The position numbers were made by a program, and so were the translations under genes. Positions 13,126 to 21,923 of a DNA stretch of 64,000 bases are shown one piece after another. The stretch is taken from positions 320,001-384,000 of the forward strand of contig CAWBAN010000001.1 of NCBI GenBank assembly GCA_963786935.1, in the 5' to 3' direction. The notes beneath the pieces were generated by a model. It ran no database searches. It saw only the letters and a program-made list of their open reading frames with translations, and was not told the DNA's origin. Source of the stretch: an uncultured bacterium. GTDB lineage: Bacteria > Krumholzibacteriota > Krumholzibacteriia > Krumholzibacteriales > Krumholzibacteriaceae. Numbering within the stretch: position 1 is the first letter of the stretch; each line of letters starts with the position of its first letter.

Positions 13126-15104
13126 CGACGCAGGGAATCGTGTTCCTCGTTCTGTTCGCCGCCGTGCTCACGGTGTTCGGTCTCGTCGTCCGGCTGCTCT
13201 ACCGGATTCTCCGGGCGGGGAAGCCCGAGAACCGGTTCGACCGGTGGGGAGACCGCATCAAGGCGGTGATCGTCTACGTCGCCGCCCAGGCGCGGGTGCT
13301 GGCGAAGCCGGCGGGGCTGGGGCATTTCGTCATTTTCTGGGGATTCATCTTCATCACGATCGGAACGCTCGATCACATGCTCGGCCAGGTCGTTCCCGGG
13401 TTCGGGCTCGAGCGGATCGTGGGACGGAGCGCCGGATCCGCGTTCATCCTGCTCCAGGACGTGTTCGGAATTCTCGTCATCGTCGCGCTCGCCGTGGCCG
13501 CCGTGCGGCGCTTCGTCCTGAAGCCGGCGCGCCTCGAGATCGACGATCCCGCCGCGCCGCCGCAGGCCGCCCTCATTCTGACGCTCATCTTCGTGCTCAT
13601 CCTGTTCATGTACGGGATGAAGGGAACGGAGATCCTCGAGGGATCGGCGCGGCTCACGAGGGGGAACGCCCCCGTTTCCTCCGTCGCCGCCGCGATGATG
13701 CGCGGGTGGGGCATGAACCTGCCGCTCGCCTACGACGTGTTCTCGTGGGGGCACAACCTCGTCATCTTCTTCTTCCTGCTCTTCATTCCGTTCTCGAAGC
13801 ACATCCACATTCTCGGCGCCATCCCGAACGTGCTTTTCAAGAATCTCGGCAGGCCGGGCGCGCTGAGCCGCATGAATTTCGAGGACGAATCGGCGGAGAA
13901 ATTCGGCGTCTCGGAGCTCAGGGATTACACGTGGAAGCAGCTCATGGATCTGTACGCGTGCACCGAGTGCGGGAGGTGCCAGGTCGCCTGCCCCGCCCAC
14001 ACGACGCAGAAGCCGCTGAGCCCGTTCCGCGTCATTCACCGCCTGCGCGCTCAGCTCATGCGGGACAAGGGGAGCCTCTTCGCGAAGGGCGCCGACGTGC
14101 TGAAGCCTTCGCCGGTGATTCCGGCGACCGTTTCCGAGGACGAGATCTGGGCGTGCACCACCTGCGGGGCGTGCATGCAGGAATGCCCGACCTTCATCGA
14201 GCACGTGCAGAAGCTCGTCGATCTGAGACGGTTCCTCGTTCTGACCGAGAGCCGCTTCCCCGCCGAGGCGCAGCCGGTGTTCAAAAACATGGAGGTCAAC
14301 TACAATCCGTGGGCGATCGGGTATTCGTCCCGCGCCGACTGGGCGCAGGGGCTCGACGTGCCGCTCGCGTCCGCGAAGCAGAGTTTCGACGTGCTCTTCT
14401 GGGTCGGCTGCTCCGGGTCGTTCGATCAGCGGTCGCAGAAGGTGTCTCGCGCGGTCGTGCGGCTCCTGCAGCTCGCGGGAGTCGATTTCGCCATCCTCGG
14501 CACGGAGGAGATGTGCTGCGGGGAAACGGCGCGCAGGATGGGGAACGAGTATCTCGCCCAGACCCTGATTCAGGCGAACATCGAAACGCTCAAGAAATAT
14601 AAATTCAACCGCATCGTCACCGCCTGCCCCCACGGGCTCAACACCTTCCTCGTCGAGTATCCGCAGTTCGGGCTCAGCATGCCCGTCATGCATCATTCCG
14701 CGTTTCTCCTCGGGCTCGTTTCGGAGGGAAGGCTGAAACCGAGGCGGAACGAAACGCTCCGCGGCGCCTACCATGATTCGTGCTACCTCGGCAGGTACAA
14801 CGGCGTACTGCGCGAGCCGCGCTCGCTCCTCTCGCGCTCGGCGAAACGCGTCGTCGAGTTCCGGCGGCGCGGTGCGTCGAGCTTCTGCTGCGGCGCGGGC
14901 GGAGGGAGGATGTGGATGGAGGAGACGATCGGCTCCCGGATCAACGAGGACCGCGCGCGGGAGCTCCTCGGTCTCGGGGTCGACCATGTCTTCACGGCGT
15001 GCCCGTTCTGCCTGACGATGTTCGAGGATGCGCTCAAGACGCTCGGCCGGGAGGATATCAAGGCGAGGGACGTCGCCGAGATCCTGCTGGAGGCCTGCTC
15101 GTAA
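13122..15104 (+). CDS. Membrane Fe-S oxidoreductase (FadF / ETF:menaquinone oxidoreductase-like; heme b membrane domain, 2x[4Fe-4S], two CCG domains)
   Basis: N-terminal TM helices with His residues, CTECGRCQVACP, CTTCGACMQECP, EMCCG, YHDSCYLGR and FCCGAGGG. ATGA overlap with the etfA stop. Confidence 0.9.
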   Translation: MTTQGIVFLVLFAAVLTVFGLVVRLLYRILRAGKPENRFDRWGDRIKAVIVYVAAQARVLAKPAGLGHFVIFWGFIFITIGTLDHMLGQVVPGFGLERIVGRSAGSAFILLQDVFGILVIVALAVAAVRRFVLKPARLEIDDPAAPPQAALILTLIFVLILFMYGMKGTEILEGSARLTRGNAPVSSVAAAMMRGWGMNLPLAYDVFSWGHNLVIFFFLLFIPFSKHIHILGAIPNVLFKNLGRPGALSRMNFEDESAEKFGVSELRDYTWKQLMDLYACTECGRCQVACPAHTTQKPLSPFRVIHRLRAQLMRDKGSLFAKGADVLKPSPVIPATVSEDEIWACTTCGACMQECPTFIEHVQKLVDLRRFLVLTESRFPAEAQPVFKNMEVNYNPWAIGYSSRADWAQGLDVPLASAKQSFDVLFWVGCSGSFDQRSQKVSRAVVRLLQLAGVDFAILGTEEMCCGETARRMGNEYLAQTLIQANIETLKKYKFNRIVTACPHGLNTFLVEYPQFGLSMPVMHHSAFLLGLVSEGRLKPRRNETLRGAYHDSCYLGRYNGVLREPRSLLSRSAKRVVEFRRRGASSFCCGAGGGRMWMEETIGSRINEDRARELLGLGVDHVFTACPFCLTMFEDALKTLGREDIKARDVAEILLEACS

Positions 15105-15111
15105 CATGAGA

Positions 15112-15141
15112 AGGAGCCGCGCCTTACGGGACGCGGCTCCT
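15112..15141. terminator. Hairpin between convergent genes (probable bidirectional terminator)
   Basis: AGGAGCCGCG...CGCGGCTCCT stem. Confidence 0.6.
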
Positions 15142-15167
15142 CTCGCATAATACTTGCGGTTCGCCCG

Positions 15168-15356
15168 CTATTCCTGCCAGTTGATCGCTTCTACCGGACA
15201 GTTATTGATGGCGTCCTGAATTTCGTCCTCATCCGCTCCCTCGGGATCCGAGACCGTCGCGACTTCCCCGTCCATCGCAAAGACAGCGGGTACGGTTTCC
15301 ACGCAAAGTTCGCAGCCGGTGCAGAGATCGGGATCGACAAATGGAACTCTTGGCAT
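15168..15356 (-). CDS. Monocluster [4Fe-4S] ferredoxin
   Basis: Acidic 62 aa protein with CTGCELC...CPVEAI. SD AAGGAG. Confidence 0.92.
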   Translation of the reverse strand: MPRVPFVDPDLCTGCELCVETVPAVFAMDGEVATVSDPEGADEDEIQDAINNCPVEAINWQE

Positions 15357-15387
15357 TTTTGTACTCCTTTGCTGAGGAACATCCTGC

Positions 15388-15416
15388 TAATTAACAGGCT
15401 ATGGCCCTCCTGTCAA
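15388..15416 (-). promoter_or_regulatory. Putative sigma-70 promoter for the ferredoxin
   Basis: Minus strand TTGACA-N17-TAATTA with a TG extension. Confidence 0.5.
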
Positions 15417-15685
15417 GGATATTTTTCCCGGCGCCCCGGCGGGCGCTTTTCGGCCGGTTCCGCGGGGGAGCAGGGAGCGCTCTGACGATCAGAATCTCTT
15501 TGTAATATCTGTGGATACAAGCGTTACGGAGAAATCGTCCTCCCGGCGGGAGTGCCGTTCGGGCTCGCGCGAACCGGGCAAGAGATTTGCGCTTGTGCGG
15601 GGCGCGACCGGCGCGCTACATTACCGGTATTCGGAACTCATGCGATCCGCGGGATCGATCCGGATCGCGGAAAGGCGGGACGGGG

Positions 15686-16663
15686 ATGCGAAGATTCTCA
15701 CGCTGGCGGCTGCGGGTCGTCGCGGGCGCCGCGATTCTCTCGACGGCGCTCGGAGCGGGGTGCGGGACGGAAGGCGCGAAGAAGCGCTTGCAGGCGAAAC
15801 CGGACGAGCTCACCGTCGTCTTCTCGAGCGATCTGCTCGGCAAGGTGCGCTCCTGCGGGTGCGTGATCGAGGATATGGGCGGGCTCGGGCGCTGGGCGAC
15901 GTTCACCGGACGCGTCAGGGAGTCGGTCGACAACCTCATCGTGGTCGACGCGGGGGACGTTTTCGGCGCGGAGCTATCCTTCACGCAGAAGGAGGCGGAG
16001 CTCGCGTTCGACGCCATGAACGTCGTCGGGCTCGACGCATACACCCCCGGCGAAACCGATTTCGTGTTCGGCCTGCCGTTTCTGCGGACGCTGGCGAGCC
16101 GGGCGAAATTCGCGATCGTCGCGGCGAACATCGTCGATCCCGTCACGGGGGAGTGCATCTTCGGCGCGCCCTACACGATCAAGACGCTCGCGGGAGGGCT
16201 CCGCGTCGGGATCGTCGGCGTTCTCGACGACGCGATCCGGTTCCCTTCGTACATCGACGTCTCGACGTTCAAGGTCCTGCCCGCGATCGAAACGGTCAGG
16301 AATCTCGTTCCGGAGCTCAAGGAGAAAGCCGATTTCCTCGTCATATTGAGCCACATGGGCATGGAGCGCTCGCTCGAGCTCGCGCGAGAGGCGGGGGATT
16401 TCGATCTCGTCGTCGTCGGTCACGCGAAGCCGGTCCTCAAGGAGCTCACGAAGCAGGGGGAATCGATCATGCTCGCGACGGGCGGATCGGGGCAGTACAT
16501 GGGGCGGATCGATCTGTCCCTCGCCGCGGACGGCGCCATCACCGAGGGGCAGATGAAGCTCGTGCCGCTCGACGAGACCATTCCGCTCAATCAGGAAGTC
16601 AAGGATCTGTTCACGCAGTACGGCGTCCCGCTCACGGACAAGGAGATGCACAAGAAAAAATGA
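15686..16663 (+). CDS. UshA/5'-nucleotidase-like metallophosphoesterase-fold protein with a CxC motif, probably a lipoprotein
   Basis: SCGC...GGLGRWAT, VDAGD, LSH and VVGH motifs, lipobox-like GAGC. No C-terminal 5'-nucleotidase domain. Confidence 0.75.
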   Translation: MRRFSRWRLRVVAGAAILSTALGAGCGTEGAKKRLQAKPDELTVVFSSDLLGKVRSCGCVIEDMGGLGRWATFTGRVRESVDNLIVVDAGDVFGAELSFTQKEAELAFDAMNVVGLDAYTPGETDFVFGLPFLRTLASRAKFAIVAANIVDPVTGECIFGAPYTIKTLAGGLRVGIVGVLDDAIRFPSYIDVSTFKVLPAIETVRNLVPELKEKADFLVILSHMGMERSLELAREAGDFDLVVVGHAKPVLKELTKQGESIMLATGGSGQYMGRIDLSLAADGAITEGQMKLVPLDETIPLNQEVKDLFTQYGVPLTDKEMHKKK

Positions 16664-16723
16664 GCGGTTCCCGTTCGCCGGGGAGGGAGCCGTCCTTAAG
16701 TCGCTGTTATCCTTGCAATTAAT

Positions 16724-16758
16724 TTGTCATTGACAAGCGCCCGAGAGCGTATTAATTT
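16724..16758 (+). promoter_or_regulatory. Sigma-70 promoter with a palindrome overlapping the -35 box
   Basis: TTGTCA-T-TGACAA palindrome, and TTGACA-N17-TAATTT. Confidence 0.55.
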
Positions 16759-16840
16759 TCTCCGGTACGTTTCGTTTCCCAAGCGAGGTTTCCCGCTGGA
16801 GCGTAGAAAGCTTTTCCTCATCCTGCAAAGGAGCGCATGT

Positions 16841-17617
16841 ATGTCGAAGCTTTATAAATCCCTCGTGGTTGCGATCCTCATCACCGGCGTTTTCGCAGGC
16901 TGCAAAGGCAATGTCGATGAAACGTACGTTCTGACGAGCCTGAAGGGCGCCGCCTCCGGCGATGTGGTGAGCATCGGTTTCAAGTACAGCTTCGATTCCC
17001 CCAATGTCATCGGCGCCGCGAACAACGTCGCGCTGGTCCGCGAGGGTAACCGGATCGAGTTCTTCATCGGCGACGGCCTCGAGGCGAAGATGAAAGGCGT
17101 CGAGGGCAAGCAGTTCACCGTTGCCGTGCGCAAGTATTTCACCCCCTATATCCATTTCGTCGTCGATTACGTCATGGCCGGTTCGGATACGATCATGGTC
17201 GGCGAGCCCTCCGGCGTGAAGCTCCCGCTCCTCCGTCCGGCGGCCCAGTTCACCGCTCCCGAGGAGTACATCGCCGTGGAGCTGAACAAGCTGACCTCGA
17301 GCGCTCTGGCGCTCAAGGATATCGAGGAGAAGAAGTTCAAGGTCGAGAACGGGAAAATAACCATGGAGCAGATCGGCGACGCGCAGAAGCTCGTTCTCAG
17401 GCTCAAGAACGTGGGATTCACGGTCGAAGAGACGAACGATGTGATGCTCGCCGTCATGAAGGCGATCATGACCGAGAACAAGCCCTTCGACGGAGGTGTT
17501 CAGTACGGTTCGATCCCGCGGAGCGACCGCGCGACGCGCGAGCGGCTGAACATCGGCGGCGACGTCAAGATCGGCTACATCCTGTACGGCGGCAACGCCA
17601 TCACGATATCGATGTAG
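16841..17617 (+). CDS. Hypothetical lipoprotein
   Basis: Lipobox FAGC after a hydrophobic stretch, SD AAGGAG, strong codon bias, and its own promoter and terminator. Confidence 0.8.
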   Translation: MSKLYKSLVVAILITGVFAGCKGNVDETYVLTSLKGAASGDVVSIGFKYSFDSPNVIGAANNVALVREGNRIEFFIGDGLEAKMKGVEGKQFTVAVRKYFTPYIHFVVDYVMAGSDTIMVGEPSGVKLPLLRPAAQFTAPEEYIAVELNKLTSSALALKDIEEKKFKVENGKITMEQIGDAQKLVLRLKNVGFTVEETNDVMLAVMKAIMTENKPFDGGVQYGSIPRSDRATRERLNIGGDVKIGYILYGGNAITISM

Positions 17618-17644
17618 GCACCGGATCGTTGTCGGGCGAATGAG

Positions 17645-17678
17645 AATGTGCGGCGCCGCGTGCGCCGCACATTTTTTA
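17645..17678 (+). terminator. Rho-independent terminator
   Basis: AATGTGCGGCGC-loop-GCGCCGCACATT followed by a T-run. Confidence 0.85.
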
Positions 17679-17848
17679 TTGGGGGGCCGGCCGGGTGTTT
17701 GCCCGGGGCGCTTCCGGCCGGGGCCGGGAACGGGACGGGGGCGCGGCCGGCGGCCCGCCCGATTCGGCTTGACCTCCCGTCGCGCGTTGCATTAGCGTAT
17801 TCGAAACCGCACGCATCCGATTACACGCACGAAAGGCGGAAGAGGGTT

Positions 17849-18805
17849 ATGGCGAAGGCGGAGGAACGGGTGGAACGGATCATGGTCGTAGCGCGGAAGG
17901 ACTGGAGGGAATCGGTCAACGGCAGATTCCTCCTCTTCCAGTTCACGGACAAGGACGGTCCCCTCAAGGGGGTCATCTGGAAGCCGACGGAGGAGATCGA
18001 TCGGGAGATCCAGGTCAACGACGTCGTCCGGATCAAGGGGGAGATGAAGCAGTACCAGGGGTCGTTTGAGCTGCACGTCGGGAGCATCGCGAAACTCTCC
18101 GAGAAGGAGTACGATCCGGCGCAATTCGTCCCGGTCGTCGCCGGGGAGGCGGGGGATCTGTACCGCGAGATCATGGGAGTCGTCTCGACGGTGGGCAACG
18201 TGCACCTGCGCGATCTGCTCGAGCGCATCTTCGGCGACGGCGAATTCAAGGCGAAGTTTCTCAAGGCGCCCGCGGCGCGCGTGTGGCACCACTCGTATAT
18301 CGGCGGGCTCGCGCATCACGTCCGCGACATGGCGTCGATCGCGCTGCGGATCGCGGAGGTCTATCCCGAGGTCGATCGCGACCTGCTCCTCTGCGGCGTC
18401 CTCGTGCACGATCTCGGCAAGGTGCAGGAGCTCGAGGTCACGAACCGCATCGATTACTCGGACCAGGGGCGGCTCATCGGCCATATCGTGCTCGGCGTCG
18501 AGTTCCTCGACGCGCGCATGCGCGAGATCGACGGATTTCCGGCCGATCTCTCCCTGAAACTGAAGCATATGGTCCTGAGCCACCACGGCTTACTCGAGCA
18601 CGGATCCCCCGTCGTGCCGATGACGATCGAGGCGATCCTGCTCCACTATATCGACAACCTCGACGCGCAGGCGAGGGGCACCCTGCAGGCGCTCGGCAAG
18701 GATACGTCGCGGTTCGGCAAATGGACCGAGTACGTGAAGCTGCTCGACCGCTTCATCTATCGCGGCGACGGAGCGCGCGAAGCGGAGCGGCCGAAGGAAA
18801 CGTGA
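17849..18805 (+). CDS. yhaM: YhaM/Cbf-type 3'-5' exoribonuclease (OB-fold plus HD domain)
   Basis: N-terminal OB fold, then APAARVWHHSYIGGLAHH, VHDLGK, LIGHI and LSHHG. Confidence 0.85.
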   Translation: MAKAEERVERIMVVARKDWRESVNGRFLLFQFTDKDGPLKGVIWKPTEEIDREIQVNDVVRIKGEMKQYQGSFELHVGSIAKLSEKEYDPAQFVPVVAGEAGDLYREIMGVVSTVGNVHLRDLLERIFGDGEFKAKFLKAPAARVWHHSYIGGLAHHVRDMASIALRIAEVYPEVDRDLLLCGVLVHDLGKVQELEVTNRIDYSDQGRLIGHIVLGVEFLDARMREIDGFPADLSLKLKHMVLSHHGLLEHGSPVVPMTIEAILLHYIDNLDAQARGTLQALGKDTSRFGKWTEYVKLLDRFIYRGDGAREAERPKET

Positions 18806-18806
18806 C

Positions 18807-19973
18807 ATGAACCGGTTCCCCGCGTGGGTGGAAATCGATCTGGACGCGGCCACGTACAACCTCGGACGCGTTCGAAGCATCGTTCCGCCGGGCGTCGGGC
18901 TGCTCTTCGTCGTGAAGGCCGACGCGTACGGGCACGGCGCCGTGCGGATCTCCCGGCTCGCCGAGGAGTGCGGCGTCGATATCCTCGGGGTCGCCACGCT
19001 CGACGAGGGACGCGAGCTCCGCAAGGCGGGCATCAAGCTTCCGATCCTCATCCTGAGCCCCGTCCTGCCGCAGGAGATCGAGGGCGTTCTCGAGAACGAT
19101 CTCGCCGTCACCGCTTCCTCGTACGAGTTCGTCGAGACGGCCTCCGAGATCGCGATCCGGCTCGGCGCGATCTGCACGCTCCATATCGAAATCGACACGG
19201 GCATGGGACGGGCCGGCATCGCGCAGGCGAGCGCCGTCGAGGCGATTACGCGGATGCGGTCGCTGCCCGGCGTCAGGCTCGAGGGCATCTTCACGCATTT
19301 CCCCGCCTCCGACAGCGACACGGATTTCACGAAGGAGCAGATCGATTCGTTTCTCGGCATCGTCGACCGTCTCGCAGCCGCGGGCTGCTCGTTCCGGTAC
19401 GTGCACAGCGCGAACAGCGCCGCGATCCTCAACTTCCCCGCTTCGCATTTCAACCTCGTCCGTCCCGGTCTCCTCGTCTACGGCCACGCGCCCTCGATCG
19501 TGCTGAAGGATTCGGTCGAGGTCGTGCCGGTCATGAGCTTCAAGGCGCGGCTCGTGCTCGTGCGCGACATGCCCCGGGGCTCGAGCATCAGCTACGGGAG
19601 GACGTTCATCGCGCCCGGCCCCCTCACGATGGGAGTCGTTCCGGTCGGATACGGCCACGGGCTCAGCCACCGGCTCTCGAACAAGGGGCAGGTCCTGTTC
19701 CGGGGACAGCGCGTGAACGTCATCGGCCGGGTCACGATGGACATGACGATGCTCGACCTCTCCGCATTTCCCGACGCCTCGGTGGGGGAGGAGGTCGTGA
19801 TCTTCGGCCGGCAGGGGAGCGAGGAGATCACGGCCGACGACGTCGCCCGATGGGACGAGACGCTCAACTACGAGGTCCTTTGCCGCATCAGCAAACGGGT
19901 CGCGCGCGTCTACATCCGCAGCGGGCGGATCGAGAGCCTCAAAACGCTCCTCGGCGTCCGCGAGGCGCCCTGA
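18807..19973 (+). CDS. alr: Alanine racemase
   Basis: VKADAYGHG (PLP lysine), DTGMGRAG, ISYG and GRVTMD. Confidence 0.95.
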   Translation: MNRFPAWVEIDLDAATYNLGRVRSIVPPGVGLLFVVKADAYGHGAVRISRLAEECGVDILGVATLDEGRELRKAGIKLPILILSPVLPQEIEGVLENDLAVTASSYEFVETASEIAIRLGAICTLHIEIDTGMGRAGIAQASAVEAITRMRSLPGVRLEGIFTHFPASDSDTDFTKEQIDSFLGIVDRLAAAGCSFRYVHSANSAAILNFPASHFNLVRPGLLVYGHAPSIVLKDSVEVVPVMSFKARLVLVRDMPRGSSISYGRTFIAPGPLTMGVVPVGYGHGLSHRLSNKGQVLFRGQRVNVIGRVTMDMTMLDLSAFPDASVGEEVVIFGRQGSEEITADDVARWDETLNYEVLCRISKRVARVYIRSGRIESLKTLLGVREAP

Positions 19974-20037
19974 GAGGCCGGCTCCCGTGCGTTCGAGGCG
20001 TGGAGGGGACATCGTCCGGATTCCACCGAAGCATTGT

Positions 20038-21209
20038 ATGAACCGGCGCGCCGTCGCCATCGTGCTCGACGGCGTGGGCGTCGGCGCGCTGGATGATGCC
20101 GCGCGGTACGGCGACGAAGGGGCGAACTCCATCGGCTCCGCGTCGCGCGCCGCCGGCGGACTGCGGCTCGAGACGCTCGAACGGCTCGGCCTCGGACGGA
20201 TCGTTCCGATCGAAGGGGTCGCCGCGGTTCGAAGCCCCGCGGCTTCGTGGGGGCGGATGGCGGAGCGGTCGCCGGGCAAGGATTCGACGACGGGACATTG
20301 GGAGCTGATGGGCTGTCCCCTCGACGCGCCGTTTCCGACCTATCCGGACGGCTTTCCCCGGGAGATCATCGAACCGTTCGAGCGCTCGATCGGCCGCCCC
20401 GTGCTGGGCAACCGGCCCGCCTCGGGCACGGCCGTCATCGAGGAACTCGGCGCGGAGCACCTGCGCACGGGGCGCCCCATCGTCTACACTTCGGCGGACA
20501 GCGTTTTCCAGATCGCGGCGCACGAGGGGGTGATTCCCGTTCGCGACCTCTATCGCATGTGCCGCGTCGCCCGGAAGCTCCTCGTCCCGCCGCATCATGT
20601 CGCCCGCGTCATCGCCCGCCCGTTCGGCGGCTCGCCGGGCGGATTCGCGAGAACGAAGCGTCGCCGCGATTATTCCATCCCGCCGCCGCGCCCGACCCTC
20701 CTCGACCGCCTGGCCGGCGGCGGCCGCGAGGTCGTGACCGTCGGGAAGATCCACGATCTCTTCGCCCGGCGGGGCGTCACGAGGGCGATTCCGGCGGCGG
20801 GGAACGACGCGGCGATGCGTTCGGCGGAGCGCGTTCTGAAACGCGGCGAGCCCTTCTCGCTCCTCTTCGTCAACCTCATCGAGTTCGACACGGAATGGGG
20901 GCACCGCCGCGACGCCGCGGGCTACGCGCGCGGTCTGGAGCGCTTCGACGCGTGGTTCGGGCGGTTCCTCGGGCTGCTCGCGCCCGGCACCCTGTTCGCC
21001 GTCACGAGCGACCACGGGTGCGACCCGACGATGCGGGGATCGGATCATACGAGGGAATACGTGCCGGTGCTGGCGGGGCTGGCCGGATCGGGCGGCGGCG
21101 GGCCCCTCGGCACGCGGGAGACCTTCAGCGATCTCGCCGCGACGCTCGCGGAGTTCTTCGGGCTCGAGGCGGGAGCGGGGAGAGCTTTCTCGGTGCGCTC
21201 GAACGATGA
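20038..21209 (+). CDS. deoB: Phosphopentomutase; the natural C-terminus lies in the -1 frame after the G4 run 21177-21180
   Basis: VLDGVGVG, GKDSTTGHWE, YTSADSVFQIAAHE, TSDHGCDP and DHTREYVP. One extra G gives the typical ending AGESFLGALER-stop (TGA 21207-21209). Confidence 0.9.
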
Positions 21210-21237
21210 CCGAACGACCGATCAAGGGAGGCTGCCG

Positions 21238-21906
21238 GTGGACGGATTCAAGCTCAACAGGCTGATCGATCACACGCTTCTCAAGCCGGAGGCGTCGGAA
21301 GCCGACATCGCGCGCCTCGCGCGGGAGGCGATCGAACACGATTTCTTCTCCGCGTGCGTCAACACGCACTGGGTTCCCCTCGTGGCGCGGACGTGCGCGG
21401 GCACGAACGTCAAGGTCTGCTCCATCGCGGGGTTTCCGCTCGGCGCCGTCGACGCGGCGGTCAAGGCCTTCGAGGCCGGCCGCGCCGTCGCGGCGGGCGC
21501 GCACGAGATCGACATGGTGATGAACGTCGGCGCGCTGAAATCGGGAGCCCTCAATGTCGTGCGCGAGGACATCGCCGGCGTTGTGGCGGCATGCGGCGGA
21601 GGCGCGATCGTGAAGGTGATCATCGAGGCCGCGCTCCTCACCGACGCGGAGAAGGCGGCCGCGTGCCGGCTCGCGATGGACGCGGGGGCGGCGTTCGTCA
21701 AGACGTCGACGGGCTTCGGCCCGCCGGGCGCGAACGCGAGGGACGTGAGGATCATGCGCGAAGCGGTCGGCCCCGGCTTCGGTGTAAAGGCCTCGGCCGG
21801 CATCCGCACCGCGGCGTTCGCGCTCGAGCTCGTCGAAGCGGGCGCGACGAGGATCGGCACGAGCGCGAGCCTCGCCATCATGGAGGAATGGAAGCGGCTC
21901 GGGTAA
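21238..21906 (+). CDS. deoC: Deoxyribose-phosphate aldolase
   Basis: IDHTLLKP, GFPLG, EIDMV, FVKTSTGF, VKASAGIRT and RIGTS. Own GTG start with SD AGGGAGG at 21225-21231. Confidence 0.93.
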   Translation: MDGFKLNRLIDHTLLKPEASEADIARLAREAIEHDFFSACVNTHWVPLVARTCAGTNVKVCSIAGFPLGAVDAAVKAFEAGRAVAAGAHEIDMVMNVGALKSGALNVVREDIAGVVAACGGGAIVKVIIEAALLTDAEKAAACRLAMDAGAAFVKTSTGFGPPGANARDVRIMREAVGPGFGVKASAGIRTAAFALELVEAGATRIGTSASLAIMEEWKRLG

Positions 21907-21923
21907 GCGGAGCCGGCGGCGTC

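Noticed and set aside
15850..15870. Selenocysteine recoding in the UshA-like gene
   Set aside because: Both Cys codons are TGC, and the nearby TGA is out of frame.
19987..21906. Single 639-aa DeoB-DeoC fusion ORF as a novel bifunctional enzyme
   Set aside because: A DeoB-like C-terminus and stop lie in the -1 frame, and deoC has its own SD and start. A one-G deletion explains it more simply.
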